The notes under the pieces were generated by a model, which worked only from the letters and a program-made list of their open reading frames with translations, did not search any database and was not told where the DNA came from. From assembly GCF_964355755.1 (NCBI RefSeq), contig NC_092670.1, positions 4,516,201-4,580,200 on the forward strand: 64,000 bases of DNA, read 5' to 3'. The position numbers were made by a program, and so were the translations under genes. The DNA is from Antedon mediterranea. Lineage: Eukaryota > Animalia > Echinodermata. Below, in pieces: positions 55,851-64,000 of the stretch; position 1 is the first letter of the stretch, and every line of letters begins with the position of its first letter.

Positions 55851-58015
55851 AGATAACATTACCTGTAGAAACAAAGATTTATTTATACAAAAGATAATCC
55901 TGGCTAAAGATCTTCTAAAGGCTGAAGTGAAACCAATGACTTAGCATTACTAATTCTGTGACTGTTTGATTATTATAGTAAATACAGTACATAGTTGTGA
56001 CCAACATGGAAAACAATTTAAATTTGTTACTGGTGAAATTAGCAACAAGGAATAATAGAATTGTTAAATAATGTCAAATTGTATTGGTTAAATATGCATT
56101 TAACTGCCTTTTTAATAAACATAAATAAAAGGTTCTTATTATGTAGATGGTCTATTTTGGTTTGTCTCCAAGTGTTGAATTACAGACTGGCATTTCATTA
56201 AACCTTTTGCTCTTTAAAGCACAAAGATGTTGGAAAAATTTGACCGACAGACACTTGCCATCAGTACAGTACTGTATTTGTAACCATTGACTGCACACTC
56301 ATTCCAAAAAACTGCAATCACGGTGCCTGATATTAAACATGTTAGCTGTGTACATACCAGGGTTAACGAACTGTTCTATAAATGGACCTTTACTTTACAT
56401 TGCGCAAGTTTTGCAAAGGCAGCAATTTTCTTGTCTTTTTTAGAGGTCAGTTTGATACGAAGCTACGGGCCCCCATTGGAGACATGCGTAAACAAATATT
56501 GCAGGCACAGGGTCTGTAGGCAGGAACGTGCGGTCTGTGTGAATTGGCCTTTAAGCTGACTCATATCATCCATGTGGCAAGTGCAACAGCAACTCTCCTA
56601 GACCTCAATGTTGTTAACACTAATGTACCTCTAATGTCAATTCTATATGTTTCTGAGATATATCAGATGGTCGGGTTAAAGGGGAGATTTATAACATGTT
56701 TACCAGTTTTTTTTTTTGCTTTTAATCTCGGACCAAGCCAAACTACAATAAAGAGAGGGAGCATAAATGTTAAACATAGCTATAGTCTGATAGGCATGAT
56801 GATGCCGTTTTCTTGATAGAATGGCAATATATAATTTATTCATTACAGGTTAAGCCATTTACATGCAATAATAACCAAAATGCAAAATCAATACTTATAA
56901 TAGTTTATCCTCTTGCACAAATCAATCTCTTTATTGCATATGATGAAAACACATTTTATATTCAGTTTGAACAATACACATGAAATAACTCAAAACACTA
57001 TTCAATCTATTATGATGTATGTCAACCTCTACTGAACAAATCTTTACCAGACTTTCAACTGCAAACAAGACCATTTAGGATTACTCAATCAACACATAAA
57101 ACAATCAACCTATTCAATTGAATTTCACTTTGTAATTATTATTAATTATGTTATATAATTTTAATGTTTTATCACAGGTATGTTTGTGATACTAATTGAT
57201 GTGGCATTGTTGTGTCTGGTTAACACACATCAGCAATGCCACATTCCTTTCCAATCTCTTTTGCTTGTACCACATAGTTAGTGTACTAAACAAATTGGTT
57301 AAATTATCATATTCAATGGGATAAGACCCTACTACAGTAGTGGAATATTGTTAGTTATATATACATTATGAGGTAAGGTGACATATGACTACTGTACACT
57401 AATGTTTGGAACTATACAGACATCTAAATAATGTGTTGTCATACCAGGAAATGGTGTCGGGTGATAGTAATGCATATTCTAGATGGACACCTGCATTTAG
57501 ACAATCCCAGATATTAATAACTCTGCGACTTTCCCACATTATTTTGTTGTCACTCAGATAGCATTGCAGTATCTTAAAGCTCTGTCTACACTAACAAACT
57601 TCATGCGACAAAAAAAAAGTTTGATAGTGTAGACAGAGCTTTACACATGCTCAGTTGAAGTCTGTAAAAAACAGACCGCATTTGAACAGATATTTTATCA
57701 TTGAAGATTGGTATGCATGTAAATTAAGCACACAGTAACGAAACAAAATTATCCATTATTATTATTATTATCCATCCATTACTTAATGTAATACAATTAC
57801 GTAAACAAACAAGTTCCATGTTTTCGGTTGATGTTTATTAAAGTTAAATTTGTTGAAGATGGTTTAACCCTGTCATATTCTACCTACTTTGCGGCTGAAA
57901 TACAAAATTATTAAGACTGATAGTTAGTTTCAGATATAATTATTTACTATATAATTTAATTTTTTTTGGATGTGTATTTCATTTATGCATTAACATATTC
58001 TTTTGTAAAAAACTA

Positions 58016-61000
58016 CTATAAACCAACAAGTTTCTTGAGTCCGCTTGTGCTCATTGATTTTGGTCGTTCAAGGGGCAGACCTAGAGCACGATCCCAGATG
58101 AGTGATGAGAGTACACCAAGAGCTCTGGAGACGCCAAACAGGACTGTGTAGTAGTTCATTTCAGTCATGCCAAAGTGCTACAAAAAGACAAACATTGTTT
58201 GAAATATAATGAAATATACATTAGAGTTTGTACATTTTTGTTACTGCACGCATCATCCATACACATGGAGTATCAAAATGACTGAGAAGGTTACAATACA
58301 ACTTTTAAAATTATCCATCATCTTGGATCCAATCTAAATTTTCCAAATTTCCCCACTTTATACTGGCATTTAAAGCAAATCTAAAGCTTTGTCTACACTA
58401 CCAAACTTTATGTGACAACAAAATGTGATGTGCCCATAATGGACATGATGATGTCATAATTGGACACTTTTTTTGTCAAACTAGTTTGATAGTGTAGAGA
58501 ACTTTAGTGAGGTGAGACTAATTAGTTTGGTGGGACATTCATATTATATTCTCTCCAGTAGTTTTTTTTAAACTTTTAAATTCATAAAAATGAAATATGC
58601 CTTGGCAAATTAATCTACACTCCAAAAGAACCTACTGACACTGAGGGATGTTCCTGGAGGTGTGCTTACCTAGGAAAATGAGGCTAAACTATTGATTATT
58701 AGCATCAATTCTTACCTGAAGCAGTACTCCACTGTGTGCATCAACATTAGGCCATGGGTTCTTAGCCTTGCCATGCTCAAGGAGGACATCTGGAACCACA
58801 TCATATAATTGGGCTACCAGCCTAAAGAGAGGATCACCTGGGAGGTGTTTGAACGCAAATTCACGTTGACACATGTAGCGTGGGTCAGTCTTTCGTAGTA
58901 CAGCATGTCCATACCCTGGTACAACCTAAAAATAATTCAAACACTATATTAAGCCATGATAAGAAACGTTTATATTAAGTCCTCTAATTCAAAGGTGAAG
59001 GTGTATATTGTTGCATTTGATCAAAGTGTTAAGATTCTATAGCATAATGAACAGGGAATGAATGATTATATATATATTTCAACAAATGTATAGACCTGTC
59101 CTGATTTCAGCGTATTCCAAATAAATTCTTTTAATTGGTCGTCTGACACATCACCGCCAAGTTTTTCACGAAGCTTTGTAATCCATACTAATACTTCCTA
59201 TTTGAAAAAAATATATAAAAATGTAAGAAACCGAAACAACATAATACATTAGAAGAGGAAATTGGCAAAGAAGTGGGAGGATTAGAAAATGCAAACTGGC
59301 ATCTGATTGGCTGATTTGCAACAGCCATATCCAAAGAGAAGGTTCCTGCTTTATGTTCATGAGGTTGGGAGTTTGAATTTTGAGCTCAATCGCTTCCCTT
59401 ATTGCTCAATCGCTCTCTGCTCTATACAACACCCCACATGATATTTCCAAACAGTCTCCCATCCAAGAACACAAGCCGGCACAACATTGCTTAACTAGAA
59501 TAAAAGCTCAATAACGATGTTCCCACACACTATGGCTGCGGCAGATTGAAATACCGTATACTGTATCCTAAAATAATCCTTGTGACTACTAATACAAGAC
59601 AACAAAAAAGATGTCATGTTTTAACTACCTGATTAGCTAATCCATGCAGTGGGCCAGCCAATCCATTCATACCAGCTGCAAATGACAGGTAAGGGTCTGA
59701 TAGAGCACTTCCAACAAGATGGACACTATGGGCACTGACATTGCCACCCTCATGGTCACTAAAAGAAAGTTAAAATGTATAAGTGATAGGGCTCTGATAG
59801 AGCACATACAATATGAACAGTATGGCCACTGAAATTGCCACCTTTGTGGTAACTAAAAGAAATTTTAAATGTATAAAAAGTGATAGGGGATAGAGAGGGA
59901 TACAGCGCATCCACTTCATGGGTAATAGGTATGGGAGGTATGTATAAATAAATTAATCCATGGCAGGACAATTTCCCCTTTTTAGCACACATTTATTTAT
60001 TTAAATACATATTTATACAGGATATAAACCATTTCAGGTATAGATATTGCACATTTTACATATGATCCTGTTTTTTTCAGAGCAATAGATTAACAAATAA
60101 TCATAAAAACTTACAATAAAACTTCACAATACAAAGACAGACAATATATACAATGTTTTAATAAAAGGAGTGACAAATTAAAGGGAACATAAAATGTAAT
60201 TGTTCAATATAGTCTAAAAAGAAGAAAACAAATAATAGACAAAGCAATGAACTCCAAAATGTACCTGTGTATTGTGAGGTAAAGACGCATTAGCTCTGTG
60301 AAGGTTGGATCATCATAGCCAAGCATTGTGGTGAAATTTTGAGACCAGTCTTTATCAGCATCAATGACGCCAATTTTGCCATCACGATAAAGGTTGCGGT
60401 AGATGATAGCAGCTATGGTGGGCAATTTAGCAATAAGGTCCATTGTATCTTCGTATGTGTACTATAAAACATAAGAAAGAACAATTCATTTTCAAATCTC
60501 TTGCTAGTGATAGGCATATTTATTTATACATGGAAATAACATTGTAAAACAATGAAACATTAACTTTTTATTAACTTTTTACTATTATGAAAAACTTAGC
60601 CAAGCTGCTGCAAGCATGAAACACAATGATCGCTAGTTAAAGACTTTTTTCTAATAGATGAATTGCGCAAATTCCCATAGAAGAAAATGTCGCACTACCC
60701 TTTTCACTGCAAGAATGATCAGCTGCGATTTTCATGTTCATCGCATGTCTGCTAAGCTTTTCGATTCACATGAGTGCTCATGAATGAGTCATAGCTCATT
60801 TCAAGAGCTCTGATTGGTTGTGCAATATATATATATATGTATGTAAGTGTATAAGCTGATTCGCATAATATAAGAAATTCGTCTAGTGGAAAAAAAACAG
60901 GTATCCATTCTCATAACAATTTGATCAACAATAACTTTTTTTAAATTACCTCCCAGTAGAGTGCTTTGTTCACTCCTTCTGAGTATGCCTTGGCAAATTT

Positions 61001-63142
61001 ACTCTCGCTGTTCATGGCAGTGATGGCAGCACTGAACTGTGACATCGGATGGAGAGTGTTGGGAAAGTTGTTAAGCATTTGTACAACGTGAGGTGGTACA
61101 TCGGCACGAAGGGCCCAGTCCTTGGATATCGCATCAGTCTAAATAAGTACAAAACATATAATAAACAAGCATAAATCTACATACAAATCAGTAATGAGAT
61201 GATACAAGTATAACAATTGACATTTAAGCTCTAAACTTTCAAGCTACGTGACAAAAAAATGTGATGTGCCCATATATGAACGTGATGACATCTTATCACT
61301 GCCAATTTGGGCATATAACTACCGTATTTGGACACATCACACTTTTTTTGTCGAAATAGTTTGATAGTGTAGACAGAGCTTTAGACACATATTCCTAGGC
61401 ATGTCTCATCATTTAAATATACTTCTGATGGAATGATAGCCAATGATCTGATGTTATTTCTAGTATATACAGGTTAGTACAGCCGCTGAAGGCTCACCTG
61501 CCAAATTACTAGGACTACCAATGTTAGTGTTCAGCCTAATGTGTTAAACGTATGAATACCAATGTTTAGCCAGCCTTACCTGTTGTTGTGTTGGGACGTC
61601 ACCAGTACAAAGTAACCAGAACAGACCTTCAGGTAATGGTTCCTCACCACCGGGGGCCTTTGGTAGGAGCTTCTGACATTGTGGGATGGAATAACCTCTG
61701 AACTCTATACCTTCATCAGGATCTAATACAGATGTCTCGGTTACTAAGCCTTTTATACCTCGCATACCACCATACAGCTATAAGAACAACAAATTTATAT
61801 ATTAATTAAATTGGAATATCATTAGCAGTAAACATATCCTACAGTAAAAACACTTCTAAAACAAATATTTTTCCCTGAGATTTGGCAACAATTGTTTAGC
61901 AACATTTATTTAACCAAATTTCACCGATAAAATTGAAGAGATAAATAAAAGCAAATATCATTCATTTCAATGGAGAAAAAAAACAATGGTGGTCCCTGTC
62001 ATGTGACATGATATAACAATGCCAAAACAATGACAACAAAAAACGGGAACAAAAAGATAATGACAGTAAATAGGAAAAAAAAAAAATTTTGTTGATATAA
62101 AGTTTGCGGTATACCACATATATTAGTTCTGAAAAGAACCGTCGAGTTCCTCGACGTTTCGACCCATATGCTTTGATCGTTCTCAGGAGTGAGAAATACA
62201 TTTTGTATATATACCGTAGGATACTGTAGTACTTTGGTAGAATAAACAGGCCTAAATTATAAACTATTGCATCTTACCTGGTCCACTACAATTTCACCTA
62301 TCACTTTATTTCCATGGCTCTGTCTAAACTCTTTTACCTCTTGTTGTTGTTTTGGAATGAGATTTGCTAACACCTCTTTCAAATTCTGAAATAACAATAA
62401 ATAATATTTAGATTTATTAATTATTATCATTATATAAGTGAGGGATGACATAAGAAACAATTACTTTTATTATTTCAAACAATGTTTTCTGCGCATATTC
62501 TAGGTGCCGTTTATTCAAAGTGGGGCATTTATTTGAATAAATATGGTTCAACACTCAACGTACAAACAAACATACAACTTGCACATACAATCTATGATGA
62601 GAGGAGGCAGCATATTTGAGTAATTACTCTTACATTTATTTCACTTAAGGTAAGTATCACTTAAGGCAAGCACTTCAGGGTAATTCGGTGTCCCAGCACA
62701 AAGGAGCAAGCAAGCAAGTGTCAGGCCCAATGGGTTAACTAAGAGGAAATATAGTACAAATGGTTTGCCACTACTGTATGGAGCTTCCGACTACCTAACT
62801 AGGTTAGGTCAATCGATGTGTTGTCGGCCGTCCCCTGGAAAAATAAACCATCAAAACTGCGTCGAGGTAGGGAGCGAGGAATCGCGTCCCAATATCCCCA
62901 CATGCGCACAATGAACTAACATGAAATAGTTTGGTTATCGGTCAACGCAAATAACACTAACAGGCTTCCTATTATTATATTGATGAGTCGTAAAGTACAG
63001 TCAAGCATACTATAGCACTGACCAATAGACACTGTGCTCGCATGGCATGAATAATTCATAACTATTCTAATACTAAAATCAATAAACTACTTACTGTTGA
63101 ATCTGAAACATTGCGTACACTTGAAATTGCAGGGAGGAAATT
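58016..63142 (-). CDS. CS: Mitochondrial citrate synthase, partial (first exon outside the window)
   Basis: Exons 63142-63095, 62385-62278, 61777-61580, 61138-60950, 60461-60265, 59758-59629, 59197-59096, 58925-58716, 58177-58016 total 1344 nt in frame. [80 protein letters not shown]. Confidence 0.97.
59786..59888 (-). pseudogene. Degenerate tandem duplicate of the 5' half of a citrate synthase exon plus its acceptor
   Basis: Reads [23 protein letters not shown] versus true [24 protein letters not shown]; acceptor tttcttttag retained at 59854-59853. Confidence 0.85.
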
Positions 63143-64000
63143 CTACAAAAAAAGATACAATAATAGAATTCAACTGTGAATAAATTGTACAGTATACAGT
63201 AGCATTATACAGCATTCATGCAATTGATGGTACATATAATTTTATTTACAATGATGCCATTTTATACAATATTCGTATTCATGTATTGCATGATTACCAT
63301 AGTGTATGCGGCAAGCCATATGATTCTATAAAAAAGGGAATTATAGACAAGGTAGAAAATGTATTGGTATTTCGGTGTTATACCTATTCTACAACCGAGT
63401 AATGCTACTATATGCAAATATGGGAGTGATGTATTCTTAACTAATACTGTAGTTCGAACATCACTAGACAAATATACTATATCACTTATCAGTAATTGAT
63501 AGTTATATATTTGCTGTTTTTTAGAATAATTACTGTAAATTACAACACTTGAAACCTTTACATATTTGCAGATTTAGCAAACTTCACCACTAGACAATAC
63601 AGTAATCTAGGTACAATAGGATTCTTTACTATAGTCAACCAAAAGGTGTCCAGTATTGGGAGAGTTGACTGTATGTATTAGTAATAACAATAGTACAGGT
63701 ATAAAAACCTTAAGACCAGGAAGAACATTATGAATGACAAAATGTTGATACATAACAATAAACAACCTTAAATTGTTACATAAACAAGTGGATTATCAGT
63801 AAAAACATTAGGCTGGTAAAATATTACATTAAAACCTTCAATTCAATAAATAATTTTATTAAAGATATTAAATTATTTAATTTTTCGCTATAATTAAAAC
63901 AAGATAAATACAATATTTCAACAGTAATATTTTTCAATAAATAATAACAATATACTGTTAATAATATACAAAATAAAAACAGATCAAACAACCGTCACTG

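Overview
AT-rich, intron-rich animal genomic DNA, probably an invertebrate deuterostome such as an echinoderm (inferred from vertebrate-like exon boundaries and a Deu/Nin-type SINE). Four spliced genes were reconstructed by hand from splice sites and reading phase: (1) the 5' half of a transmembrane adenylyl cyclase of the AC5/6 type (minus strand, 10 coding exons, 7693-43552, continuing off the left edge); (2) mitochondrial chaperonin HSP60 (minus, 10 coding exons, 581 aa); (3) head-to-head with it, HSP10 (plus, 4 exons, 100 aa), sharing a promoter with a heat-shock-element-like site; (4) mitochondrial citrate synthase (minus, 9 coding exons, first exon beyond the right edge). The introns hold many mobile elements: nested CR1/L2/Rex-type LINE remnants, tRNA-derived SINEs, a Helitron apparently inserted into its own 5' end, HINE/Helentron-like elements, PIF/Harbinger, Kolobok-, piggyBac- and hAT-like elements, a 1.8-kb palindromic IS3EU-like composite, and several minisatellites. 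I found no CRISPR array and no clearly new protein-coding system. The most notable observations are the palindrome in an HSP60 intron, a decoy copy of a citrate synthase active-site exon, a GC-AG intron in the cyclase, the self-nested Helitron and a hammerhead-like motif. Family assignments and comparisons to human genes come from motif recognition and memory, not database searches.
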